A stretch of DNA of 39,777 nt from the NCBI RefSeq assembly GCF_018977255.1, contig NW_024705493.1, positions 1 through 39,777 on the forward strand, written 5' to 3'. The notes under the pieces are model-generated. The model saw only the letters and a list, made by a program, of their open reading frames with translations. It did not search any database and was not told the DNA's origin. This stretch comes from Callorhinchus milii (taxonomy: Eukaryota). The position numbers were made by a program, and so were the translations under genes. The stretch's first letter is position 1. Every line of letters starts with the position of its first letter. Shown in pieces: positions 1 through 10,876 of this stretch.

Positions 1-1084
1 GGGGGGGGGAATGTTGAGGGTGTGTTTATGTGGGGGGTGGTGAGGGGGAAGCTGTGTCGCCCCGTCGTTTGGTGGTGGCGAGGTCGTAGATGGGCACCGC
101 AGAGCGGCTTCGCGGCATCACAAGGTGACTGGGGCATGCAGTGACAGGGAGAGGGAGGAGCCATAGAGAGAGTGGAGGGAGGAGCAAACCGCTCCAGCGT
201 GCTTGTCATAGCTAGATGATGGAGAGGGAGGTGACAGGTGCATGATTGACAGGAGGGGCCCCACAAACAGAGACAATGAAGGGAGGAGCCTGGAGGAGGG
301 AGGAGAGACTCTTGGTGAGTGACGACGCGATTGCTTCGGAGACACTGAGATTTTAATAGGACACAGCGGAAAGGGGAGACAGGCAGTGCTGTGGTAACAA
401 TGAACGCGGCCTGTGATGGAATCACCAATTCTTGCTGATGTTAGCCAATACAATAAAGGGGTGGCAGTCTCACACGACTTAGTCGGTTCCAAGTATCACT
501 TGCCAATTAATGGGATTGACACTATATCGATATTTCAAGATTGTTGCTCGATCAACTGTGAGCTGGCTGCCGGATTGACTGAGCTAATCCTCGAATCACG
601 ATCCACAGTTACCATATATGGGCAAAGACACGCCCCCTTTGGCCGCCACCACGCACTGCTTCCTTCCATATATATGGGAGGCAAATGTCTGATCGGGTGT
701 CAGATCTCGTCAGTCTCTTACAGCGAGCGCAGGAGCTGTAGGCCTAACACCACGTGGAAGCCTGCCCCTTCGCCTGAAAAAGCAGGCGGTGGTGGATTGT
801 GGGTTGACCCCGTGGGTCTGGCACGAAGTCTGCTGAGCCTGGAGGTGCTGAGAAGGTGGCGGTTGGCAGTGTAATCGATGATGCTCGTTTGGGTCAGATG
901 GCGTAAAAATATAAATGCGTTGTTAACCCGCCAACACCCAACAGAGCCAATTAGTAAAGTTTGTCACGTAAATAGAACATGGCCAGTTCGATACTGGTAC
1001 AACACCAGCGAATAGTGAAGTGTATAGCGTAGTACAGCATACCGGTGTGTTTGAGAGCAAAGCCACAACATTTACAATCTGGGT

Positions 1085-1133
1085 AACATGATGTTTCGCC
1101 AGTAATTACAACTCGCTTCATCAGGTGACAGCC
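1085..1133 (-). ncRNA. Degenerate hammerhead-like motif of a different Penelope-type family
   Basis: Reverse complement is gtcac CTGATGA a GCGAGT tgtaatt ACTGGC GAAA ca TC atgttac. The core is intact, stem II is 5/6 paired and stem I is weak. Confidence 0.5.
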
Positions 1134-1439
1134 AGATTTGTGGAGAAATCCTCCGGTTTCGTTCCTTAAATAGAGGGTAGTTTGATGGCATCACTTGTGA
1201 GCACCTCTTGAGCGATCTGGGGGGGGGGATTCATGAATGCATATAAATGACAATGGGTATTCATTGCCTGTTGCGAATGCCTACGTGTTAAACTTATGAT
1301 AGTCTTGCTTAGGAGGGAACAATGCAGTCAAATATTGTGGAGTCAGAAACATAAACAGACACGGAGCCGATTTCAAAACATCTTTGTTGTTCCATTGAAT
1401 TCAGGTGGGCGCACATTGAGCGAGAAGCGGGACCATGGC

Positions 1440-1690
1440 CATCAATCACTTTTGGCTCGGCCATCGAACAAAGACGGTCACTGCATCGCTCGCTTTCAGA
1501 TGCTCTTCTGCGGCCGTCTGGAACGCCCCTTCCAATAGTAGGAAGCCGCTGGGAGCTATCCACGTTTAAATCATCATCTAGAACTCATTTACTTGAAAGT
1601 GATGTTTGTGTTTAGTTTTTGTCCTTCACTCACACCTCCGATGAGCACGATTGGCTACGTACGACGCAAAATAAGTTCAAACACAGTGCA
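1440..1690 (+). mobile_element. L2-type LINE 3' end
   Basis: Decayed AF...AVWN.LP...FKS..THL C-terminus plus the shared tail tggctacgtacg..gc.aaa..agttcaa. Confidence 0.65.
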
Positions 1691-3071
1691 TACGTGAGGC
1701 AGTGGCGGCTCGTGACATTTCCACTAGACGGGTCTGTTGTGAAACTATGGCGTTCTAATTTAGCAAAAACCTCACCATGTTATTGGCCTTCCCGTGCAAG
1801 TGATATGACCGTCTTATCTACCACGGTAGGCATTTACGAACAATATGAATTAAAACAACAAAGCACTCAAACGCTGTCAATATGACACTGAAGGCCAACA
1901 CAACACAACCCCTTTGACACTGACAAAAACCTAAAGTGTGGAGGACGCCTTCACAGTCGCCCCGTGGCACAAATCAGACTGTGGTGTTGCAGCGGTTTAT
2001 AATATGAACAACTTAAAATGTTATCTTCGATAGGCAATTCACGTTGAAAGAATCATTATATTTTGATGTTTTTAAACACAACACAACAATTTATAGAAAA
2101 GCATTTTTACTTTAAAAAATAATTCATCATCTCCATCTGCTTGGTGGAGGGCCCACGCCCCTAGTGGATGAACCGCGCCTGACATGAGGTTAGATATTGA
2201 AACACCTAAATACTTTTGGTGAAAGAGGATCGATCACCTTGTTAAGTAACTGTGGATTTTTAAACGACTACCTCGTTTTTTTTAATTCTTAATACAAGCG
2301 GTGCCATTGTTGTAAATAGATTATATTGCTCTCTATTTGTCCGTCATTCTGTCCTGCCACTACCCTGTACATTTTAATTGAGTTCGTGTCTCGGGAAAAA
2401 GCCGAATAACCCACAAGATGTCATAGTCCATAAATCAGGGTTCGAAATCAGATGAGGCCCATTAAGTGAATGAGACATTTTTATTTCGGAATGAAATTTT
2501 CCTTATCGATATTCAATTTTGCTTGCTTACTCAGGAAAGCCTCACTGAGTCTCCGTGCTGTTTTCCGCAAGAATCCTGCAAAATGTTGGGAGAAGCGGGC
2601 GATGTTGCTCGATGCGATCCCAAGTGATTATTTTATTTATTTATTTGCAGGCCAATTCCAGTCACGTGGCACGTTCCTCTGGCTTGCGAGATGCAAAACT
2701 CACCGAGAGGAAACCCAGGCAGAGCAGGGGGGTGAGGAGCATGCAGAGTCGACAGAGGAAATCACCCGAGTGGGGAATTAAACCGAGGCCCTTCCTGCAC
2801 AAGGCACGCGAGTTACCACTGCCACCACTCCACCACCCAGTCTGACCGAATGCACGATTTTCTGGTTGCAGAGTACAATAATCACGTAAACTAGAAGTGT
2901 CACAAGTTGATTATAAAGCCATCCAATGACAGAGCAGATATATATGTTTGTATACAAAGCTGGGTTATGAGGTTTTCCAGAACGCCTTAGCAGCTATTTG
3001 TATGGGCTGCTTCAAGGCTGCTATCGAACTGCTTCTGGTGGTGGGGTCCAGGATCTTTGCTTCCGTTCGTT

Positions 3072-3203
3072 TCACATCTTGGAGACGTCCGAAGTTCGTC
3101 TGGACGGGTGACCGGGTTCCTTGCGTCCCCGTTTACCCCGACCCTGGACTCGCGTCGGCTCCAGGCTGTCGTAGAGAACCTCCCTGTGGCCCAGCGCCTC
3201 GTA
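3072..3203 (-). CDS. Terminal cytoplasmic exon B2 with intact ITAM
   Basis: Acceptor gttttgtgtctgcgcAG, phase 0: YEALGHREVLYDSLEPTRVQGRGKRGRKEPGHPSRRTSDVSKM*, i.e. YxxL-x6-YxxL. AATAAA lies downstream on the minus strand near 2632-2645. Confidence 0.8.
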   Translation of the reverse strand, partial: YEALGHREVLYDSLEPTRVQGRGKRGRKEPGHPSRRTSDVSKM

Positions 3204-3407
3204 CTGCGCAGACACAAAACGCCGCACTCGCACATTCAGTAGCGGCCGCCGTCAATGAGACTCGCGGAGAATTACAAGAAATCATTCAGGGTGCATGGCA
3301 GACCACGCTGCTCTCGTATCAATACCTTCCACTCCAGCAAGCGAATAGTCCACTCTCAACACCACCACTCAACCTATTCTATCTTACTTACTACTATTTA
3401 GTATGAA

Positions 3408-3782
3408 CAGGTAAGGCCAAATGAGCTATGGAGCAGTTTTTTTAAGAAGCGATCTATCACTAGCGATAGCTCAAAAAGTGGCTGATATCATCACCCACCA
3501 CCGTATGGACATTCATAGCAGCAGCCAAATCCTCTAAACGCGTGGTGACGTTGATTCTAAATGTGGAGGGAAAAAAACCGGAGGCCCCGGAGAAAAATCC
3601 ACACGACCACTGGGAGAAGAGAGACACGCAGACTCCAAATATACAGCAGGCGTTAGGGTCGTAGATTGCATCCACGACCTCCTGTACACCAGGCGAGGTA
3701 GTTAACATTCTAGCCAATGTGGACGTCAGGGTCCGGGATCGAACCCACGACCTCCTGCACACTCGGCGAGGTAGTTAACATC
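3408..3782 (-). mobile_element. V-SINE-type tRNA-derived SINE with duplicated head
   Basis: B-box GGTTCGATCC and V-domain-like ggagt.tgcgtgtctct..gtggatttttctccgg..cctccggttt; the head is repeated at 3651-3710 and 3726-3782. Confidence 0.8.
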
Positions 3783-3833
3783 CCCTGGCGCACCGTAGCG
3801 CCCACACCTAGAGTCTAAGAGCCGAACTCTCAC

Positions 3834-3883
3834 CTCGTGCTCAGGAGGAAGATTTTCGTATTGATCAGAAGCCTGTCGACCGC
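3834..3883 (-). CDS. Cytoplasmic exon B1, paralogue of A1 (phase 1 in, phase 0 out)
   Basis: Acceptor gctgtttgtgtcacacAG and donor GAG|GTGAGA. The 50 nt read (G)GRQASDQYENLPPEHE. The intron flank resembles that of A1 (acacaat..catcgc.tacc on +). Confidence 0.8.
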
Positions 3884-4267
3884 CTGTGTGACACAAACAG
3901 CAACAACAACAACACAATTACTCATCGCCTACCATCGGTAGCAGTGGCACTACGAACGCCTGGGCCCACGGGAGGGCGCCACTCGGCACCCCGAGGCCGC
4001 GTTCGCAAGTTCAGGGCCCATCTGGGATGAGTCGGAATCTCTGTGGAGGAGGAATCCGATGAGCCGCGAAGCTCTTCGCGTGCTACCCTTGTCCAGCGTG
4101 GGTGGACGCAGCTAAGGGAGCGAGTTCAGCGTGGAGGGCACGGGGCGGCGAGTCGCGGAATCCGTGAATAATGACCACGTGACTTCTCACGAGTCCCGTG
4201 GATCGCGCTTGGGCAAGACGACAATCGCAACGACAGAGCGGACCCAGAGCGCGAACACACACAAAGA

Positions 4268-4560
4268 CAAAGATCCCCGTATAGCCTTTACAGAACGTAG
4301 GGGCAAGTGCTGTTAGCGAGCAGCACCTATGAAGGCTGGCACGGCACACGAGGGTGTGGTCGGCCAGCACAACGCCCGGCCGCCTTTGTCTCCCCCGTGG
4401 CGATGTTTACACACTGCACCAAGTACTCATTTGAGGCTGAGTCGACCAAGGGGAGGCCCAGGAATGGTTCAGATAATCGTCACTGTGTTGGCCGCGAGCG
4501 TAATCGAACCAGGGTCGCCAGGTTCAAGGCAGCAAAACGCTAACCACTAGACTAACACTT
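4268..4560 (-). mobile_element. Second tRNA-derived SINE family copy
   Basis: A/B boxes tagtggttagcg...ggttcgatt; core ggtcgactcagcctcaaatgagtac; tail aacagcacttgcccc. Confidence 0.8.
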
Positions 4561-4665
4561 CTCACAGACACACACACAGACACACACACACAGAGACACA
4601 CAAAGACACACACAGACACACACACAGACACACAAACACACACACAGACACACATGCGCGCACAC
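4561..4665 (+). repeat. (CA)n/(CAGA) microsatellite
   Basis: Direct inspection. Confidence 0.9.
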
Positions 4666-4969
4666 TAAAGGATATCAAACCACACAGGAGTGGTGGCGTC
4701 TCAACAGAATGGCCCTTAACATCGATGTTGGCAACGTCGATGCAAAGTTCACGCAGCGGCGAGCGGCGATCACAGCGTTCCGTGGACTCTGCCACGAGGT
4801 TTGATTCGCAACAAATCCCGTCGGGTGCGAGCGACAATGCGACAATGGTCCTCTGAATCGTTACTAATTTACCTGCGGTCTACCATGAACCAAGTACCAT
4901 TAACGCACCCGGCTATCCGTGTCATTAGAGCAGCGCAAAAGTTGCGCGATCAAAAGCATCAAATGAAGA

Positions 4970-5318
4970 CACCATAGCATGACATGGATACCCAAAGCAT
5001 CACACAGAGACACCTCAGCATCACATAGAACCCATAGCTTCAGACAAAGACTCATAGTTTCACAAAGATACTCATAGCTTCACACGGAGACCCATAGCTC
5101 ACATAGAAACGCTTAGCTTCACATAGAGACCCATAGCTTCACATAGACCCATAGCTTCATACACAGTCTCATATCTTAACATAGAGACCATAGCTTCACA
5201 CAGAAACCATCGCTAGACACAGAGACATATAGCTTCACATAGAGACCCATAATTTCACACAGAGACCCAAGCATCACATAGAGACCCATAGCTTCACAAA
5301 GAACCAATAGCTTTACAT
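4970..5318 (+). repeat. Minisatellite of about 21 bp (catagagacccatagcttca)
   Basis: Roughly 16 degenerate tandem units. Confidence 0.9.
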
Positions 5319-5388
5319 CGTATTTCCATGTCTCAGATCCTGCAGAAGCCATTGGTATTTCTAGACGGGAGATCCCCTCAGTCTTGGC

Positions 5389-5519
5389 TCACCCTCTTGG
5401 ATGGTGGACTCGAGTCGCTCCCTGCTCGCGCCGGGTCGAGTCTTGGAGGAAGTTTGTTGTCTGAACCTGCGACGGATCCAGGCTGTCGTAGACGCTCTCC
5501 CTCTGTCCAGCACCTCGTA
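5389..5519 (-). CDS. Cytoplasmic exon A2, ITAM-type, with an apparent 1-nt deletion relative to its paralogue B2
   Basis: Acceptor ggcggcgcAG|TACGAGGTGCTG, aligning with exon B2 at the nucleotide level. Adding one G gives YEVLGQRESVYDSLDPSQVQTTNFLQDSTRREQGATRVHHPRG* (43 aa, the same length as B2). As written it is 131 nt to the TGA versus 132 nt in B2. An internal donor GG|GTGAGC lies at 5393/5392. Confidence 0.7.
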
Positions 5520-5849
5520 CTGCGCCGCCCACGGACACCAGCGGCTCGGTCAGACCGGGCAGCTCGGGTGGGTGATGGCGCAAGTGGCAACGCTCGCCCT
5601 AGCATGCAGCAACAAGGGGCTGGGTACGTGAGTGAGTGCATAAGTCTGTGTATGTGTGTGTGCGGGGTGAGTGAGCGAGGGAGTTTGTGAGTACGTGCGG
5701 TGTGAGCGAGCGGTATTGAGGAAGTGCGAAGGGCGTTCCGGAAGCTTGAACCCGGGTGAAGCGCTTAGGAAGAAATGACCTCTCAAGAGAACTGCCGAGG
5801 GAGGGTGCCGTTTGTATGCAGACTGCCTACATGACATCGTTACTACCAT

Positions 5850-7270
5850 TGTGGTTCACAGGACGGGTTCCGCAGGATTGGAAGGAGGGACTGCACTGAT
5901 TCAAAAACTATCGTGGCATCTTCTTTCTCAGTATGCGCAGGAAGGTCCTGGCAAGAATGATTCAACATCGCCTTGCAAGACGTGCTGAGGAGAGGCTTGC
6001 AGAGCCTAATGTGGTTTAAGACTTGGACGCCTTGCATGGACGTCATTTTCTCTGTCAGTCTGCAAGAGAGTGTAAGGGATTTCCAACAGGACCTACATCT
6101 CTGCTTTATTGACCTTTTCAAGGCGATTATACCATCAATAGCCAGGGCTCTGGGTTGTTCGTTGTACTTTTGGAGTCCAGCCTTCTGCTCACAGTCATTA
6201 AGGACCTTCATGATAGTGGGCAGGCCCAGGTAAAGTTGGTTGTCCGGGTGTCGAGCGATTTTCTTTTCACCTTTGAGTGCAACAGAGATGTCCTCTGGCC
6301 CCTACAATATTTAACATCTTCTTTGACCACAGTGTTCGAGAGGATTTCCATGGATGTACGGAAAATCTTGATTTATTATAGATAACAATGGGTGGGTGAT
6401 CGATGCCTGGATCCTGTTAAAGACGGCTCCCTATTGGTCAATCATATTATGTGGATGACCTGGTGATTTTCCAGACCTTTAAAGAATTTGTAAACGCTAT
6501 TGTTGAAGTTGGAGCCTGTTACTAAGAGACGGGGCCTTGCCATCAGCCTCAAAAAGACAGAGCACCTGAATGGGTATTTTATATCATCAAATTGTCCTCT
6601 CCCTTGACTCCTCATGAGCGATGGGGTATTTGTGAAGATAGTGGAGAAGTTCCATATTTGGGCAGTGTGGTTATGACCAGCTAAGGTTTGACAGCTGAGG
6701 TTTTGGTCCGCGTGGCATTGTATTTTCAACAGCTGCATAGCGTTGTTTCGAAGCTACCTGGTCTTTCACTCCACACGTAGCCCCATGTTTTCTTGGCCAC
6801 GTAATGCCCTGCCTTTTCTATGCTCGAAACGTGGAGCCTTCTAAAGAACATCTGCGCTGGTTTTAAACATTCAGGCTGGCCTGCCTACGATATATCCTGG
6901 TTAAACCAGGCTGGATTATGTTAGGATCTCACACATCTTTGAAAGATCCTGGCACAGTCCCATCAGTGAGGTCCTCTGGCAGGCAAACTGCATTGGCTGG
7001 GAATGTAGCCCGCATGGCCAGCCGCCACATTCCCAGCAGCTTCTGTTTAGCTGGATAGAGGGAGCTAAACGAGCGCGGATGGGCTAGAAAATATTGAGTG
7101 ATGTGGTACAAGAGGATGTGAGCTGAGTGGACTTGCCGTAACTGGTACCAATGATGTCAAGATCGGCCTCAGTGGAGGAGGCTCGTGAAGGACGCTACTG
7201 GGCAGTTGGAGGCAGTCGCCCTCCAGCAACAACAGAGGGCAGAGGAGCAATGCTCACAACAATGAGCGGA
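5850..7270 (+). mobile_element. Decayed RTE-like LINE reverse transcriptase fragment
   Basis: Frameshifted motifs NYRGI..L, KVLARMIQHRL and CMDVIFS..LQE..RDFQQDLHLCFIDL.KA, plus a C-terminal W.G.VARM segment. Confidence 0.8.
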
Positions 7271-7429
7271 GCACCGGGTGGCTAAAACAAAGCAAGTTGG
7301 CACAGTAGGGGCACAGGTGGTGCATCAGGCAGTCATCTCGGTCGTTCAACCCATGGCAACTGAGTCTGTCCCGTGACCTGCACGATAAAGGCCGGTGACT
7401 CCACACATACATTCCTATATAAGGTGGCT

Positions 7430-8108
7430 AGGAGATGTGAACTCCCTCGCCTGGCATGCAGGAGGTTGTGCGTTCGATCCACGTTTAGAGTATCTGGCTG
7501 CTGCTATAAATTTCCACCTGATGATGATATCAGCCACTTTGTTGAGGTGTCATGCATGGCCAGGTGGCTACTGAAAAAGAGCTACATAGCTCAGTGGGGC
7601 CTTACCTAATACGAAAAATAGTTATAGTTTAATAGCTGACTCACCTCATCCTCAGGACGAGGTGGTGGTGATGGTGGTGAATCGTCTTGAGCAGCGCCCT
7701 GTCGCCTCCCTGTTTAACACAAAACACAATCACACATCGCTACCGGGTGACACGGTTAAATGTCAATTTATATCTCCAGTGCGCGCCACTTAAAATTAAA
7801 AACTCGTTATCATATCAGAGACCCGCTGCCTACGATGAAGAGTGGATTGTATTTTAATGCACCTATTAAGCGCACAGCGATGCGGTGATTTATGCACTGT
7901 GCACTGAACCCAGCGACTCGTGTTTAGATCCTCATCACGTCTAACATCGGTGGCATTTAGAAACTCAAATTTTGATCATTTGGCTGCTGCTAAAAAAAGA
8001 TCCACGTGAAAATCCACTTCGTAGAGCTGTCATTTGTAATATCCAGGAAGTCGCTTCTGAAAACAGAGCTAATAGCTCATTGGGCTTTACCTGGTAAAAT
8101 AAAATAAT
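7430..8108 (+). mobile_element. Two partial V-SINE copies (about 7430-7618 and 7910-8108) flanking exon A1
   Basis: Shared 3' region ctgaaaaagagctacatagctcagtggg.cttacc. Confidence 0.7.
7645..7709 (-). CDS. Cytoplasmic exon A1, proline-rich (phase 1 in, phase 0 out)
   Basis: Acceptor ttgtgttttgtgttaaacAG and donor GAG|GTGAGT. The 65 nt read (G)RRQGAAQDDSPPSPPPRPEDE, in frame with the TM exon. Confidence 0.8.
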
Positions 8109-8699
8109 TTAAGTTTTAAGTGGTTACCCTATAAAAAAAACATTCCTGGGGCCCACTCCTCGACTTCACTGATACACACGGACGATCATGGAGAGGTATC
8201 GTCAAACAACTTCCCACGACTAATAGCGTGGCAAGCCCTTCATCTAGAAATATATTTATGCGTTCATTGCATTGTCACGATTATTGATTATACAGAGTCA
8301 TCAAAGCATCACGCCGTGCGTCAACAAGTCTGATGCCATCCCACCCACGTGATCTCGACCGTAACTTCACCTCCCACTGAAGCTGCCTGCGTCTGTCCCA
8401 CCCAATGACGTTCCCGTCGTTGCGGCGTCGCCTGTCAAACATCAGCACAAATCTGACGTCTATCGTCTCCACATCCCACAGGAAATAAACGTCACCTCCC
8501 TACCCACAGCGGCCGAGTCTGACTCATTCCGTCTGTCCACCCGCAGTGGCCACACATTCTTATTTTGGTGACACCGGTTGACGTGGCCAGCGGTACCCGG
8601 TGATAGATAGGGCCCAGTGGTAGTGCCTTCATCACCTGTTGCAGAGGTTCGCAGTTCGAATCGGGCGGGCAGCCTTAGTCGGTACTAGGGCACCACGGT

Positions 8700-9008
8700 T
8701 ACTAGGAGATGCTAACTCCCTCGCCTGCTATATAGGAGGTCGTGGGTTCGATTCCGATCCTGATGCCTGCAGTGCAATTTGAGTTTGCATCTTTTTTTCC
8801 CCATGGTCACATGGATTTCTCTCCGGGTCCTCCGTTGTTTTCCCATCCACATTTAGAATAAACGGTACGCATTGAGAGTTGTTGGTCTGCTTCTATACAT
8901 TTCCACCTGTCGATGACATCAACTGCCCTCTACGTTTGTGATCGCCAGATCCGCTTCTGAAAAAGAGCAACTTAGCTCAGCGCAGCCTTAACCGGTTAAT
9001 AAAAAAAC
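8700..9008 (+). mobile_element. V-SINE copy
   Basis: Head, V-domain and tail match the other copies. Confidence 0.8.
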
Positions 9009-9139
9009 ACTACGGGTGTATCCGCCGTGACGTACTACACATAGTGTGCACCCATGTAGGGTGTGTATGGTCGCCATCGCGTGTAAAAATAAAGGAAGTG
9101 CCTCCAATTACTCCTGTCTCTGATCTGTGGAACTACATA

Positions 9140-10285
9140 TGTGTCGTGTAGTGTACATGTAGTGTTTGTGTAGTGTGTGTGTAGTGTGTGTAGTGTGTGT
9201 GTGGTGTGTAGTGTGTGTGTGCGGTGTGTGTGTGGTGTGTAGTGTGTGTGTAGTGTATGTGTGGTGTGTAGTGTGTGTGTAGCGTATGTGTGTGGTGTGT
9301 GTGTGGTGTGTAGTGTGTGTGTAGTGTGTGTGTGTAGTGTGTCTGTGGTGTGTGTGGTGGTGTGTGTGTGTGGTGTGTGTGCAGTGTCTGTAGTGTGTGT
9401 GTAGTGACATCGGGGATGTCACTGTATGGTGCCAGCCTGGGAGGGCTGTGGCGTGCGATGCACCGTCATCGCGTACACCATACACCCTGTAGGTGGGTGT
9501 AGTACCAGCCCTAGCGGGGCTTGGTAAGCGCTGGAATAGCATGGGCACCACACATGGCGTGCAGTGCGGGCTCCCACAGGGGGAGCGGGAGAGTGTCAGC
9601 CAGGAGCAGAGTTGCCCCGGGCCATGGCACTCTGGTTGACCCCGTAGACACGTGATCTGGAGTGTCAAGAGAGAGTTGGTGGGGCTAGGGGTGATCACGT
9701 GTCCTGGGAGAGCTCCTGAGAGGGATCGAGGGGGAGCTAGAACGCTCGAGAAGGCGGGCAGGGCCTGGGCGGAGCGGCCCCGACCCAGGGGGGATATGAG
9801 GCGGGTCGCTGTGAGGTACCGGGGTTCTTCGTTTGACAGCTGTGAGCTCTACGTCTACAAGCTGGAAGTTCTACGTCCTACGAGGCATCAACACATGGTT
9901 GAGGGCCCGACCCTTCGTAGCTGTAACTCCTCTGTATCGGGTAGTTAGCTGGGTGGTCACTACCCTAGGCTGTATCTGGTGAAGGGGTAGTTACCTATTC
10001 GTGTTAACGTGTTGATGTTACAATAAATGTGTTGCCTCTAAAGAACAATATCTGCGACACAGTTGGACTCAGTACATTTGTAGTGTGTGTGTGATGCTGC
10101 TGTGTGTATGTAGTGTGTGTATTTGTGTGTGTGTGTACTGTGTGTGTCTAGGGTGTGTAGTGTGTGTGTGAAGTGTATGTAGCGTAGTGTGTAGTGTGTG
10201 AATTGAGTAGAGTGTGTAGTGTGTGTTTGTGTAGTGTGCGGTTGTGTGATGTGTATAGGTGTAGTTGTGTACAGTGTGTGTGTAG
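9140..10285 (+). repeat. TG/TAG-rich microsatellite split by the solo LTR (9140-9399 and 10077-10285)
   Basis: Direct inspection. Confidence 0.9.
9400..10076 (+). mobile_element. Solo LTR of a related Gypsy family inserted in a TG-rich microsatellite
   Basis: Starts tgtagtg, ends agtaca and contains AATAAA. It shares ggccatggcactc.ggttga and gtagttagc..gggtggtcac.accctagg with 15206-15769 but is clearly diverged. Confidence 0.7.
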
Positions 10286-10287
10286 TG

Positions 10288-10565
10288 GGAGTGGTAGTCT
10301 AGCGGTTAGCATGCTACACTGCAAACCTGACCTCCCGAGTTCGATTCCTGCTCAGGGCCAACACCAGTGACGATTATTTGAAACTGTACTGGGCCTCCCT
10401 AGGTCGACTCAGCCTCAAATGAGTACCTGGTGCGGTGTGTAAACATCGCCACTGGGAGACAAGGCGGCCGGAACGGTGCTGGCCACCCTCCCTCCTCTGT
10501 GTGTGCCACAGTGCTGGTACCTTCATAGGCGCTGCTGCTACTCGCTACAAACAGCACTTGCCCCA
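10288..10565 (+). mobile_element. Second SINE family copy ending about 10 nt from the TM exon donor
   Basis: Same head, core and tail as the other copies. Confidence 0.8.
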
Positions 10566-10576
10566 TAACTCCTCAC

Positions 10577-10681
10577 CTTTGTAGCGGTGGTAAATGATGA
10601 GGCACGTGATTGCGATGAGCATCAGGATGATGAGAACAGGGGACCAGTAGATGTAGTGCTGAGTACTCGGGCCATCACCTC
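10577..10681 (-). CDS. Transmembrane-domain exon of a candidate ITAM-bearing type I/III membrane protein (phase 1 in, phase 1 out)
   Basis: Minus strand: acceptor ttgtttgtattcatAG and donor AAAG|GTGAGG. The 105 nt translate as (x)GDGPSTQHYIYWSPVLIILMLIAITCLIIYHRYK(G), a hydrophobic stretch of about 20 residues followed by basic stop-transfer HRYK. Confidence 0.85.
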
Positions 10682-10876
10682 CTATGAATACAAACAACAT
10701 AATAATAATCATAGAAGAATAGGTTTCATCCTTTCTGGCAATAAAAGAGGAGTAGTGTCAAGATGTTCAAACACAATCAGAAACCTTGTGCAAGGCGTCG
10801 GTCACTGCATTAACCACACGCGGTAGGTGGTGAACATGCAAAAAACAAAAACAACGCTCTGCTAATATATGATGCA

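Noticed and set aside
118..874. ORFs of 124 and 153 aa at the window start
   Set aside because: No recognisable motifs or supported splice structure.
4873..4912. AG..GT segment between cassettes A and B
   Set aside because: Weak acceptor and an in-frame stop in the required phase.
4970..5318. Regular short repeats resembling a CRISPR array
   Set aside because: The units are contiguous and degenerate with no unique spacers, and the context is eukaryotic.
7333..7377. Possible terminal exon VTGQTQLPWVERPR* after A1 (acceptor ttatcgtgcAG)
   Set aside because: It is in phase but has no motif or paralogue support; exon A2 is the homology-supported partner.
9108..9698. 196-aa His/Thr-rich ORF
   Set aside because: Translation of a TG microsatellite plus LTR.
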